Shown: positions 40,333 through 50,117, counted from the first letter of the stretch. The stretch: DNA of 64,000 nucleotides from Candidatus Omnitrophota bacterium (GCA_026416665.1 JAOAET010000051.1:139800-203799), one strand, 5' to 3'. Program-made: numbers and translations. The notes: a model not told the origin generated them from the letters alone.

Positions 40333-42525
40333 TTATTTTACAAAGAGCATCTCACGGTATTTTGGTAAAGGCCAGAGATGGTCAGGCACAACTTTTTCTA
40401 ATTCATCAACATGTTTTCTGATATGTTCCATTGCTGGCTTTAGCTTATTAAAAAACACTGCAGCTCTCTTCTCTGGACTTAGTGATTCACTATCCTTTAC
40501 CAATTCTATCATCTCCTTAGTATTATGCCGTACGTAGTAGATTTTATTTACTATATCTAAAAGCTGTTCCTGGTGATCCTTAAGGGCTTTATTATCAATC
40601 TTCAAAGAACGCCCCGATGACAAAGACTTAAGTTTCTCGTAACTATTTAAAAGAAGATTCTCATACTCTAACGCTGCAGGAATAATTGAAGTATCAACCA
40701 TATCTTCTAAAGTATAGGCCTCTATCTCAAGTAACTTTGAATACATCTCAACCCAGATATGGTATCGTGCAGTCAATTCTTCTCTGGAAAACACTTTGTA
40801 TCGTTCAAAGAGAGCGATATTTTCTTCCTTTATTAGTGCCTTTAAAGCCTCAGCAGTAGAAACAATATTGGGTAAACCTCTTTTTTTCGCCTCCTGCTTC
40901 CACTGTTCAGAATAATTATTTCCTTCAAAACGAATTGGCTTGGTTTGTTTAACAATATCGGAAACTACACTAAGGACAGCTGAATTAAAATCCTGCTTTG
41001 AAGCCTTCTCTGCAATGCTGTTTGTCACATACTCTAGGGATTCTGCAATAATGGTATTTAGAAAAGTCACAGGTGTTGAGATGTTCTGTGATGACCCAAC
41101 TGCACGGAACTCGAATTTAGAACCCGTAAAAGCAAAAGGTGAAGTTCGGTTCCTATCTGTGGTATCTTTTGCAAACTGAGGTAGTCTGCCTATCCCAAGG
41201 TCAATAATATCCTTCCTTGAGACAGCTGCCTTCTTACCTTCCTCAATCATATCTAAAACTTTACTCAACTGTTCTCCCAGAAAAATACTAATAATTGCGG
41301 GTGGTGCTTCATTGGCACCAAGACGGTGCTCATTACCCGCGAAGGCGACACTGGCACGAATTACATCAGCATGTAAGTATACTGCCCTCAATACCGCAGA
41401 AAGAAAAGCTAAGAACTGTAAGTTCTCCTCAGGGGTTTCACCTGGATTAAGTAAGTTATTACCCTTATCATCTGCTAGTGACCAGTTAAGATGTTTTCCG
41501 CTACCGTTTATACCTGCAAATGGTTTTTCATGAAGCAAACACACTAAATCGTGTCTTAAAGCAATTTTGCGCATTAATTCCATTAAAAGCTGATTGTGGT
41601 CAGCTGCTAAGTTGGATTCTTCAAATACGGGAGCAAACTCATACTGATGAGGAGCAACTTCATTATGACGGGTCATAAGAGGAATCCCAACTTTATAAGC
41701 CTCCTGAGCCACTTCGTACATAAAGTTAAGCACTCGTTCTTTTATTGAGCCGAAATATTGGTCCTCTAATTGTTGCCCCTTAGGCGATGCTGCTCCCACT
41801 AATGTGCGACCAGTCAACAGTAGGTCAGGACGCAAAAGATAATATTTTCTATCAATTAGAAAATACTCTTGTTCAGGTCCACAAGTTGAAACAACTTTGC
41901 GAACATCATTATGCCCAAAAATTTTTAGTAAACTAATTGCTGCTTTACTTAAAGCCTCTTCAGAACGAAGAAGTGGCAATTTTTTATCCAGTGCCTCTCC
42001 ATGATAAGAAATAAAAATACTAGGTATACATAAGGTCTTACCGAGTTTGCTTTCTATAAGAAAGGCAGGGCTAGAAGGATCCCAAGCCGTATATCCCCGT
42101 GCTTCAAAGGTAGAACGAATACCTCCTGAAGGAAAACTTGAAGCATCAGGTTCACCTTGAATGAGCTTTGAACCAGAGAAACGTTCGATCACTTTGGCAT
42201 GACCAATTGGAGAAATAAAACTATCGTGCTTCTCAGCAGTTAACCCAGTCATCGGTTGGAACCAATGGGTATAATAAGTTGCCCCTTTGGCAATAGCCCA
42301 TTCCTTCATCGCAGCTGCTATCTCATCTGCTTCAGCACGACTAATCACCTTGCCCTCGGTTAACCAACGTTGAAAAGCAGCAAAAGTCCGCGCAGAAACC
42401 ATCTTCTCCATTACTTCTTGACTGAACGTATTTTCCCCAAAATAGCTACTTACCTTCTTATAATCTGTCTTTTCACCCAACATAACAGGTTTTACCTTTA
42501 ACAATACAGCCTCTCTTATTCTCAT
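40333..42525 (-). CDS. glnN: glutamine synthetase type III
   Basis: 730 aa. Length and N-terminus MRIREAVLLKVKPVMLGEKTDYKKV...FGENTF are typical of GSIII. Confidence 0.8.
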   Translation of the reverse strand: MRIREAVLLKVKPVMLGEKTDYKKVSSYFGENTFSQEVMEKMVSARTFAAFQRWLTEGKVISRAEADEIAAAMKEWAIAKGATYYTHWFQPMTGLTAEKHDSFISPIGHAKVIERFSGSKLIQGEPDASSFPSGGIRSTFEARGYTAWDPSSPAFLIESKLGKTLCIPSIFISYHGEALDKKLPLLRSEEALSKAAISLLKIFGHNDVRKVVSTCGPEQEYFLIDRKYYLLRPDLLLTGRTLVGAASPKGQQLEDQYFGSIKERVLNFMYEVAQEAYKVGIPLMTRHNEVAPHQYEFAPVFEESNLAADHNQLLMELMRKIALRHDLVCLLHEKPFAGINGSGKHLNWSLADDKGNNLLNPGETPEENLQFLAFLSAVLRAVYLHADVIRASVAFAGNEHRLGANEAPPAIISIFLGEQLSKVLDMIEEGKKAAVSRKDIIDLGIGRLPQFAKDTTDRNRTSPFAFTGSKFEFRAVGSSQNISTPVTFLNTIIAESLEYVTNSIAEKASKQDFNSAVLSVVSDIVKQTKPIRFEGNNYSEQWKQEAKKRGLPNIVSTAEALKALIKEENIALFERYKVFSREELTARYHIWVEMYSKLLEIEAYTLEDMVDTSIIPAALEYENLLLNSYEKLKSLSSGRSLKIDNKALKDHQEQLLDIVNKIYYVRHNTKEMIELVKDSESLSPEKRAAVFFNKLKPAMEHIRKHVDELEKVVPDHLWPLPKYREMLFVK

Positions 42526-42547
42526 TTTAAGCCCCCTTGATAAAAAA

Positions 42548-42582
42548 GGTGTTCAGAAGAGAATTATTCTCTTTTGAACACC
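42548..42582 (-). terminator. 17-bp-stem hairpin plus T-run immediately 5' of the glnN SD (candidate attenuator or operator)
   Basis: Minus strand: GGTGTTCAAAAGAGAAT-A-ATTCTCTTCTGAACACC, then TTTTTTTATCAAGGGGGCTTAAAATG. Confidence 0.45.
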
Positions 42583-42735
42583 CCTGTCCAACCTCGTTAG
42601 CCTAACACAACCGTGTGTAGCTACCATTAGTTACAAGTAAAAAAAGTTTTAAACTGGTAACTATTTTTTTCTAAAGAATTATTTATTGCTTGTTTTTTGT
42701 TGACTGTTTTAAACTTTCACGATAGATTAATTACG

Positions 42736-44052
42736 ATGCTTGTAGCTATCCGTAGATTGTATAATTCTGTAACCAAAAAAGAGCGTAAGATATTATTAGA
42801 GAACTTTTTTTCCCTAACTACCCTGCAAGGAATAAGCTACATTCTACCTGTTCTTGTTCTGCCATATCTTATCCGCACTATCGGTCCAGAGCGTTTTGGT
42901 CTTATTGCCTTTGCCCAATCATTGATGCAATACTTTATGATTATTACTGAGTATGGCTTTAATGTTACTGCCACCCGCCAAATCGCTCTTTGCCAGCAAA
43001 AACAACAACAAGTCTGTAATATTTTTTCTGGGGTAATGACTATAAAGATTATCCTCCTTTGTTTGTGTTTTTTTATTCTAATTCTGCTTATTAAGTTTGT
43101 TCCCCGTTTCACAAGAGACTGGCAAGTTTATTGTATCAGCTTCGGCACAGTGGTAGGCAACACTTTATTCCCTGTCTGGTTTTACCAAGGAAAAGAAAAT
43201 ATGCGTTATATTGCCGTTTTAAATATTATCTCAGGATTAGTTTTAGTTCTGGGTATTTTTATTTTTGTAAAAGACCCTTCTGGCTTTATTATTGCTGTTT
43301 TCTTGCAGTCAGCTATCTCTATAATTATAGGTTTATACGCACTTATCTTTGCATTTCGTAAATTTAATCTTTATTTTACTGTACAGACTTACCCGCAGTT
43401 AAAAAACCAGCTTAAAGAAGGCTGGCAAATCTTCTCTTCAATTATTGCAGTTAACGCCTATACTACTAGTCGTATTTTTATTCTTGGCTTTTTAACTAAC
43501 AACACAATTACTGGCTATTATGCAGTAGCTGAACGTATTGCATACTGCATCCAAACTTTTCCTCTGCAATCTTTTATCCAAGCCGTATTCCCACGCCTTA
43601 GCCACATATTTCAAAAAAATAAAAAACGTGCCTTTAGTCTTCTCTCCAAGATGCATACCACTACTATCCAGGGCTTTCTAATTAGTCTACCACTTATTTT
43701 TTTAATCTCAGGCTGGATGATTGAGTTAGTCACAGGTTACCGCTCTCAGATAGCTAATGCCAGTCTTCAAATTTTACTCTTAGCTGTGGCTGTTGTAGGC
43801 TTTAATTCCTTTCGTCTTCAATATCTTTTAATTGCCAATAGAACTCAAATCTATGCCCAAATACATTATACCATGGCTTTATTAGGAGTGTTTTTAATCT
43901 TTATCTGGACATATCTTTTTTCATATATTGGCACTGCCATTGCAACGGTGTTTATTGAAATAGGGATATTTTTGCTTACCGCTGAAGCCCTTAAGGAAGA
44001 GAGACAACAACAAGTTTACTCATCAAACACTAAAGCGTTATTTACTTTTTAG
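42736..44052 (+). CDS. polysaccharide/oligosaccharide flippase (Wzx-like, MOP superfamily)
   Basis: ~12 predicted TM helices, ~440 aa. The track ORF starts at a TTG at 42697. The ATG at 42736 is more likely but has no SD. A TTGACT-17-TAGATT motif sits at 42700-42728. Confidence 0.55.
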   Translation: MLVAIRRLYNSVTKKERKILLENFFSLTTLQGISYILPVLVLPYLIRTIGPERFGLIAFAQSLMQYFMIITEYGFNVTATRQIALCQQKQQQVCNIFSGVMTIKIILLCLCFFILILLIKFVPRFTRDWQVYCISFGTVVGNTLFPVWFYQGKENMRYIAVLNIISGLVLVLGIFIFVKDPSGFIIAVFLQSAISIIIGLYALIFAFRKFNLYFTVQTYPQLKNQLKEGWQIFSSIIAVNAYTTSRIFILGFLTNNTITGYYAVAERIAYCIQTFPLQSFIQAVFPRLSHIFQKNKKRAFSLLSKMHTTTIQGFLISLPLIFLISGWMIELVTGYRSQIANASLQILLLAVAVVGFNSFRLQYLLIANRTQIYAQIHYTMALLGVFLIFIWTYLFSYIGTAIATVFIEIGIFLLTAEALKEERQQQVYSSNTKALFTF

Positions 44053-45339
44053 TAAAATGTCTTCAGATCTTTTATCAGAAGCTAACAATGAGGAACAAGC
44101 TTCTTGATAAACCTTTAAAGCCTCAGGAAACGGTGAAAGGGTTCGTTCAAGGACATTCTGCAGAGCCGAAACAGCAATTCCGTAATTAGTAATAGGTACT
44201 TTTTGTGTCTTTGCTTTATGAATACGCCAAAGCATCTCACGCCGGGTAATCATACAACCGCCACAATGGATAATTAATTTGTAAACAGAAAGGTCATCAG
44301 GATAATCTCTTCCTGCACAGGTCTCAATAATTATATTTTTACCTGTTCTCATACGCAACCAACGTGGTATCTTTACTCTTCCTATATCATCTTCAATAGG
44401 ATGATGGCTACAAGACTCGGCAATAAGAACACGGTCATTATCTTCTAAAGCATGGATTTGGGCAGCACCACGGGCTAACTCTATTAAATCACCTTTTGCG
44501 CGAGCAAAAAGAATAGAAAAAGTTGTACACGCCACAGAAGCAGGTGTGTCACGCACCATCTGGTCTACTACTTGAGAATCACAAACCACCAGATTAGGAT
44601 ACTCTTTTAATTTCTTAAGTAAACTTATATATTCTACCTCGTTAACTACTACAGCTGCCTGATGATGGTCAAGTAAATCCCTAATGGTCTGAACCTGTGG
44701 CAAAATAATCCTTCCTTTTGGTGCTTCTTTATCAATAGGAACAATCAAAACCGCCAACCCCTGGGATGGAATGATGTCTCCTATAATAGGTGGTGGTCGA
44801 AAATAATCTTCAGGACATACTTCTAAAAGATGCTTTTTAAGAGGATTAACATAATTATCCCGATTCTTGTAATCAAGGCTTGATACCAAAATAAAACGTT
44901 TTACTTTTTCTTCCACTAACCGTAAAAAGTCCTCCGATGGTGGATTAACATCAATCTTATTAATTACTACAATAACTGGCAAAGAACGCTTTTTTGCCTC
45001 TTCCAGAACCTCGGACTCATATTCATTCCACTGATTTGCCTCTGTTACCAAAATAATCACATCTGCACGGTCAAATACCTTCTGCGTCTTTTTAATACGA
45101 AGTGACCCCAAAATAGAGCGGTCATCTAAACCTGCTGTATCTAAAAATACTACTGGACCAACAGGGAGAAGCTCCATTGTCTTTTCTACAACATCCGTAG
45201 TTGTCCCTGGCACAGGTGAAGTAATCGCTACATCTTGCCCAGCCACTAAATTAAGAAAACTTGACTTTCCTACGTTAGTTCTTCCAAATATTCCTATTTG
45301 TAATCTCAACGATTTAGGCGTCTTTTTCATTACACCCAC
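44038..45339 (-). CDS. hydF: [FeFe]-hydrogenase H-cluster maturation GTPase
   Basis: 433 aa. G1 GRTNVGKSS, G2 GTTTD. C-terminal Cys residues. Adjacent to hydE and hydG. Confidence 0.75.
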   Translation of the reverse strand: MGVMKKTPKSLRLQIGIFGRTNVGKSSFLNLVAGQDVAITSPVPGTTTDVVEKTMELLPVGPVVFLDTAGLDDRSILGSLRIKKTQKVFDRADVIILVTEANQWNEYESEVLEEAKKRSLPVIVVINKIDVNPPSEDFLRLVEEKVKRFILVSSLDYKNRDNYVNPLKKHLLEVCPEDYFRPPPIIGDIIPSQGLAVLIVPIDKEAPKGRIILPQVQTIRDLLDHHQAAVVVNEVEYISLLKKLKEYPNLVVCDSQVVDQMVRDTPASVACTTFSILFARAKGDLIELARGAAQIHALEDNDRVLIAESCSHHPIEDDIGRVKIPRWLRMRTGKNIIIETCAGRDYPDDLSVYKLIIHCGGCMITRREMLWRIHKAKTQKVPITNYGIAVSALQNVLERTLSPFPEALKVYQEACSSLLASDKRSEDILLKSK

Positions 45340-46283
45340 TCCTTGTTAGTTAAATTCAGTAAACTTTTTATCTGCGTGAAAGTAAGAGAATTTTTATGGT
45401 CATAAATCTTATAATTTTTACGGTAATTTGCCGGTGTGAAATTGCACATAATCACATTTGCCCCTGCCTTAAATGCCTCAATAACTGCTTTTTTTTGTCC
45501 AAGTGTAGCTAACGCAGTGGTTGCGGGAATATTTATTTTTCCAAGAAGAATACGCGTTAAAGCAATAACCTGATAAACCAGCAGAACATTTGGCGAAGGA
45601 TAATTGGCTAAAGGGGTCTGACTTTGCGCAAAAAAAGGTCCTACTGCCGCCATATCTACAGCTAAATTTTTCATAAGTAAGATGTCTTCAGCTAAATCTT
45701 CTGGTGTCTGGCCTGGTAAACCTATAATGTTTCCTGAACCTATCTGATAACCTATTTTTTTTAAAAAAAGCAGTGTCTTTATTCTCTGCTTTAATTTCTG
45801 TGAAGGATGTAAATATGCATAAAGCTTAGAATTAGCTGTTTCATGCTTAAGTAAGTATCTATCCGCTCCACTATCCCTTAAACAACGATATTCATCAAAA
45901 GACCTTTCTCCAATAGATAAGGTAATTGCAACCGCTGGAGCCCTTTTTTTTATCAGCTTAATAACTTTTGCCAAATCTTTAGCTTTTATACCAGGGTCGT
46001 CACCAGACTGAAGGATTACTGTTTTTATGCCTTTCTCTATAATTTTCTGTGCTGTTTTATCTATCTCCGACATACTCATTCTGTAACGTTTAAGTTTAGA
46101 ATTATCACGCCTTAAACCACAATAAAGACAGTTGCGAATACAGATATTAGAAAACTCAATAACACCTCTTAAATAAATCTCCCTGTCAAAATACATCCTA
46201 GTTAATTGTTCGGACTTGTGGATAAGTGATGAATATCGTTGTATATGAGTAAGACAATCTACTATTTCAGACTTGTTCATCAT
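45330..46283 (-). CDS. hydE: [FeFe]-hydrogenase maturase radical-SAM protein
   Basis: 317 aa. CX3CX2C motif CIRNCLYCGLRRDN. BioB-like fold. Operon context with hydG and hydF. Confidence 0.7.
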   Translation of the reverse strand: MMNKSEIVDCLTHIQRYSSLIHKSEQLTRMYFDREIYLRGVIEFSNICIRNCLYCGLRRDNSKLKRYRMSMSEIDKTAQKIIEKGIKTVILQSGDDPGIKAKDLAKVIKLIKKRAPAVAITLSIGERSFDEYRCLRDSGADRYLLKHETANSKLYAYLHPSQKLKQRIKTLLFLKKIGYQIGSGNIIGLPGQTPEDLAEDILLMKNLAVDMAAVGPFFAQSQTPLANYPSPNVLLVYQVIALTRILLGKINIPATTALATLGQKKAVIEAFKAGANVIMCNFTPANYRKNYKIYDHKNSLTFTQIKSLLNLTNKEWV

Positions 46284-46319
46284 TTAAGTTAAATTTAAAT
46301 TACGATTAACCTAGTTAAA

Positions 46320-47813
46320 TTAAAACCAGAGGTCACGTTCTCCTCTTTTAATTCTCTCTAAATATCCCAAAAATGCCTGATACAACTGCAAAGGAAAATC
46401 CTTTGGTCTTGTCCTAATTTCTTCTATTTCTCTAGCAATCAATGCCTCACCGATTTTTTTTGTTTCAAAACTTGCAAAATCTTCTAACCACTCCTGAAAG
46501 GTAAGCACTGCGTTTAACTTGCAGAAGCAACCTTCCTTACCACTACGCAAGAGATTCATAATGGTATCCCCTGTTCTTCCACAACGATACCCTGCAGTGC
46601 AAAAAGAGGTAATATAACCTAAATCTGCCAATTCCCTAATTACCTCATCCAGAGAACGACTATCTCCTAGGATAAACTGTTGTCGGAGTGGTTGCTGTTT
46701 AGTAAGACTCTGTGAATAGGAACCAACCCCTATTCGAGATGAGGCATCACGTTGAGTACACATTCCAATAACCGAACGAATAAATTCTGCTTTTTCACGA
46801 CAGGTGATAATAAGTCCTGCGTAAGGGATAGATAATCGCAAAACCGCAATAAGTTTTCTAAAGTCTTCATCCTTTACTCTATACGGTGGATTATTACAAA
46901 AAGGTGTATTAATCGCTGGTTCAATTCTCGGCACAGACACAGTGTGTGGCCCAACGCCAAAACACCTTTCTAAATCCCGTGCCTGAGCAAGCATACCCAA
47001 TACTTCATATCTCCAGTCATATAAACCAAACAGAGCCCCTATTGCCACATCATCAATTCCTGCTTCCATTGCCCGATGAAGCGAATAAAGCCTCCAGCGA
47101 TAATTTCCTTTAATAGTATCAGCAGGATGTAACTTTTCATAAGTTGATCTATGATATGTCTCTTGGAATACTTGATATGTCCCAATTCCTGCTTTTTTTA
47201 AAAGATATAAGTCCTGAATACTCATTGGTGCGGCATTAACATTTACTCTACGAATCTGCCCTATGCCGTTTCTTACTTTTATCTTAACACTATAAATTGT
47301 ACGCAGACTTTCACAAATATAGTTTATGTTGGTAAGTGGATGTTCTCCAAAAACCGCAATTACACGCTTATGACCTATGGTACCCGCTATTCTCTCTGTC
47401 TCTTGACGAATTTCTTCTTGGGTTAAAAACTTGCGTTGGATTTGGTGATTCTCTTTTCGGAAACCACAGTAAATACAGTTATTCACACAGAGATTAGAAA
47501 TATAAAGAGGGGCAAAGGTAACAATACGGTTATCGTAAACTTTTTTCTTAATTTCTTGGGCTGCTTCAAAAATTCTCTGCCAGATATCTTGCTCTGATAC
47601 CGCCATAAGAGAAGCTGCTTCTTCTAACTCCAAGGTTTGTATACTTCTTGCCTTCTCAATAATTTGTGAAATATACCCTCTGTCAGGTGGTTTTAGATTA
47701 GCTAAAATTTCTTCAATATTTGCCTTGGCTACAAAATCTTTTCCTTGGACGAGATATTTATTAACCTGTTCAGGTATGATAATTTTTTCTAAACTTATTT
47801 CTGTGTTAATCAT
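46320..47813 (-). CDS. hydG: [FeFe]-hydrogenase maturase radical-SAM tyrosine lyase
   Basis: 497 aa. CVNNCIYCGF radical-SAM motif. ThiH-like core. C-terminal Cys cluster CTAGYRCGRTGD. Confidence 0.75.
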   Translation of the reverse strand: MINTEISLEKIIIPEQVNKYLVQGKDFVAKANIEEILANLKPPDRGYISQIIEKARSIQTLELEEAASLMAVSEQDIWQRIFEAAQEIKKKVYDNRIVTFAPLYISNLCVNNCIYCGFRKENHQIQRKFLTQEEIRQETERIAGTIGHKRVIAVFGEHPLTNINYICESLRTIYSVKIKVRNGIGQIRRVNVNAAPMSIQDLYLLKKAGIGTYQVFQETYHRSTYEKLHPADTIKGNYRWRLYSLHRAMEAGIDDVAIGALFGLYDWRYEVLGMLAQARDLERCFGVGPHTVSVPRIEPAINTPFCNNPPYRVKDEDFRKLIAVLRLSIPYAGLIITCREKAEFIRSVIGMCTQRDASSRIGVGSYSQSLTKQQPLRQQFILGDSRSLDEVIRELADLGYITSFCTAGYRCGRTGDTIMNLLRSGKEGCFCKLNAVLTFQEWLEDFASFETKKIGEALIAREIEEIRTRPKDFPLQLYQAFLGYLERIKRGERDLWF

Positions 47814-47831
47814 AACTACTCCTTAAATATC

Positions 47832-48083
47832 TTACATTTTCGCAGGTGTAGATTTCACAGTTACTTCCTTACACATGCCTAATTTCCCGGTTAAAGCACC
47901 TATTTCATCATTTGTCCCATCAACAATTAAGGTAATAATATTTACCCTACGAGCTTGGTAAGGAAAACCCATCCGTGCAACAATAATATCTCCGAATTCC
48001 GTTAAAATACTATTTATCTTAGGTGCTGCCTCCTTTCGCTTTCTGACCACAATAAGCACTGCCGCAATGTGTCTTTCTGACAT
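47832..48083 (-). CDS. small ACT/NikR-C-like protein, TM1266-type putative iron-only hydrogenase system regulator
   Basis: 83 aa. Sits immediately upstream of hydG-hydE-hydF in one operon. Confidence 0.5.
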   Translation of the reverse strand: MSERHIAAVLIVVRKRKEAAPKINSILTEFGDIIVARMGFPYQARRVNIITLIVDGTNDEIGALTGKLGMCKEVTVKSTPAKM

Positions 48084-48093
48084 AATCTCCTCC

Positions 48094-48133
48094 TTTAAAA
48101 CAAAAATACCCTCGCCTGAAGTTACAACGAGGG
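48094..48133 (-). terminator. terminator-like hairpin plus T-run abutting the SD of the hyd-maturation operon (candidate attenuator)
   Basis: Minus strand: CCCTCG, 13-nt loop, CGAGGG, then TATTTTTGTTTTAAAGGAGGAGATTATG. Confidence 0.5.
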
Positions 48134-48196
48134 TAAAACAATACTTCTTTTTTTCTTTTCCCCCTCGGCCTCAGAATCGGCTCCTTAACCTCAGGT

Positions 48197-48240
48197 TAAA
48201 AATATTATAGCATAAAAATTTTATTTATGAATAAAAAGTT
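48197..48240 (-). promoter_or_regulatory. candidate extended -10 promoter (TGcTATAAT) for the hyd-maturation leader
   Basis: Minus strand: TTATGCTATAATATTT (TATAAT = plus 48203-48208). The -35 is poorly defined. Confidence 0.35.
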
Positions 48241-48258
48241 TTCAAACTTCTTTCAGAG

Positions 48259-48621
48259 CTAATGGCTTCTGCCACGAATTTTGTAACCTTTCTTTCTTAG
48301 GGCATCGGTTTTTGCTTTAGAGCAGTCCATACATAAGAAGACTGGTACGGCATTGCGCCGGTCATAAGAAGGGGCATAAACAAGTCTCCATAGGCTTTCT
48401 TCTTTACCACAGGCATCACAGGTTCCTTTATCCTTAAATTGCCAGACTTCTATGGCATAACTGGTAAAAATAAACCGGTCAACCCAAAAGAAAATTACTC
48501 CACCAATAAGATTGGCAATAACCGTGGACCAAATGCCTGTTCCTAAATTTCTTACTACTAACCATAAAATCGGTGTGCTTAATTGCCAACGAACAAGATA
48601 AAGAATAAAACGCCTTACCAT
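48259..48621 (-). CDS. small membrane protein (GtrA-like 2-TM N-terminus) with a C-terminal CxxC...CxxC zinc ribbon
   Basis: 120 aa. Hydrophobic N-terminal 75 aa. CDACGKEE...CMDCSKAK. Confidence 0.4.
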   Translation of the reverse strand: MVRRFILYLVRWQLSTPILWLVVRNLGTGIWSTVIANLIGGVIFFWVDRFIFTSYAIEVWQFKDKGTCDACGKEESLWRLVYAPSYDRRNAVPVFLCMDCSKAKTDALRKKGYKIRGRSH

Positions 48622-48672
48622 CTTTTATTTCTCCTTTTTTTAAAAAAATATACTGTTCATTAAAAGTTAAAA

Positions 48673-49281
48673 TTATTGAATATTTATTTTTCTTGCCTTT
48701 AACAGATAAAGCTTTTTTTGATTTCTATAACAGAGAACCTGAAAACCTGTTTTTGCAAGCATATTATAAAGTTTTCTTTTGGAAGGAAGTCTATCATTAA
48801 AAACAGGCCCACCTGCACGTTTATGAATACTGGCAATCTTTCTTGAAGAGGCAGTGTGGCTTATAATTAAATATCCCCCCACCTTCAACACCCGCCCCGC
48901 TTCTTTTAAAGCACTTAGTTTATCTTTAAAATGTGGAAAGCTTGAAAAATAAATTACTCGGTCAAAATAACCTGCCTTAAAAGGTAAATTCGCTGCGTCT
49001 GCAACAAAAAAGTTTTTCCGATAACGCTGGAATTTTCTTTTGGCATATTCAATCATACAAGAAGAAGCATCCACCGCTAATACCCTGCCTTTTTTGCCTA
49101 CTCTCTTTGTTAATATACCAAACATATTGCCTGTTCCACAACCAACCTCTAGGATTTTTTCACCTTTTCTAATACCGTATAAGCTACTGTGCCTTAAAAG
49201 CATATTAAGATAATCTTTGCTATTGTGTTTTATATCCCAACTATGGGCAAGCTTATTAAAAAAAACTATTTTTTTATACAT
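48673..49281 (-). CDS. class I SAM-dependent methyltransferase
   Basis: 202 aa. Motif I ILEVGCGTGNM. Confidence 0.65.
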   Translation of the reverse strand: MYKKIVFFNKLAHSWDIKHNSKDYLNMLLRHSSLYGIRKGEKILEVGCGTGNMFGILTKRVGKKGRVLAVDASSCMIEYAKRKFQRYRKNFFVADAANLPFKAGYFDRVIYFSSFPHFKDKLSALKEAGRVLKVGGYLIISHTASSRKIASIHKRAGGPVFNDRLPSKRKLYNMLAKTGFQVLCYRNQKKLYLLKARKINIQ

Positions 49282-50117
49282 TATATACTTTCCTTTAAAA
49301 GAAATATCTTTTTAAGAAAACCTTTCTTAGGAGAGAAAATTAATGATAGCATAAAAATAATACTGGAGACCAGAATGATCATTGCACCTGTAGGTAAATT
49401 CCAATGATATGATAATAGAAGTCCCAATAGACAAGAGCCAACACCTATAACAACTGCTACAATGCAAACTCTGGAAAAGGTATAACAAAGTTGAAGTGCG
49501 CTTGCTGCCGGATTAATCAGTAGGCTAAATATCAAAAGCCCACCGATACTACTCATATTTGCAGTAATTACCAGGGAACATAAAATAATAATTGTATAAT
49601 AAATAAACCGTTCTGGAATTCCCAAAGAATTTGCAACCTGTCGATTAAAAAGAACAACTTTTATTTGTTTAAATAAAAATACTAAAAAAAGCAGAACCAA
49701 TAAGCTTGTTATAGCCATAATCAGAAGTTGTGTCCGGTTAATTGTTAAGATACTACCCCACATTAACGAAAGCGCCTCTGTCTTTGCGCCAGGAATATTT
49801 GCCAAAAATAAAAAGGCCAAACCCAGCATAAGAGAAAAGAGAATCCCTACACTAATCTCCGGCCTAAAATTTGCTTTATCTGCCAGGGGCCCAATTATAA
49901 AAGTAACGATTGCACAAAATAAATAAGCCATCCATAAGGGATTAATCCCTAACACTATACCACATATTGCCCCAGCAAATGCAGCGTGAGAAATAGCTAC
50001 CCCCAGAAAAGGGATCTGTAACGTCACCACTAATACACCGACCAAAGAACAGCCTATACCTGCCAAAATACTTCCCCAAAAGGCATAGCGAAGAAATGAA
50101 TATTCAAGTAACTGCAT
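49281..50117 (-). CDS. znuB: metal (Zn/Mn) ABC transporter permease, ABC-3 family
   Basis: 278 aa, 8-9 TM helices. ZnuB/MntB-like. Confidence 0.65.
   Translation of the reverse strand: MQLLEYSFLRYAFWGSILAGIGCSLVGVLVVTLQIPFLGVAISHAAFAGAICGIVLGINPLWMAYLFCAIVTFIIGPLADKANFRPEISVGILFSLMLGLAFLFLANIPGAKTEALSLMWGSILTINRTQLLIMAITSLLVLLFLVFLFKQIKVVLFNRQVANSLGIPERFIYYTIIILCSLVITANMSSIGGLLIFSLLINPAASALQLCYTFSRVCIVAVVIGVGSCLLGLLLSYHWNLPTGAMIILVSSIIFMLSLIFSPKKGFLKKIFLLKESI

Noticed and set aside
42583-42696. Sigma-54 (-24 GG / -12 GC) promoter upstream of glnN
   Set aside because: No TGGCAC-N5-TTGCW match on the minus strand. The best candidate (TTGGACAGGGGTGTTC) departs from consensus at key positions.
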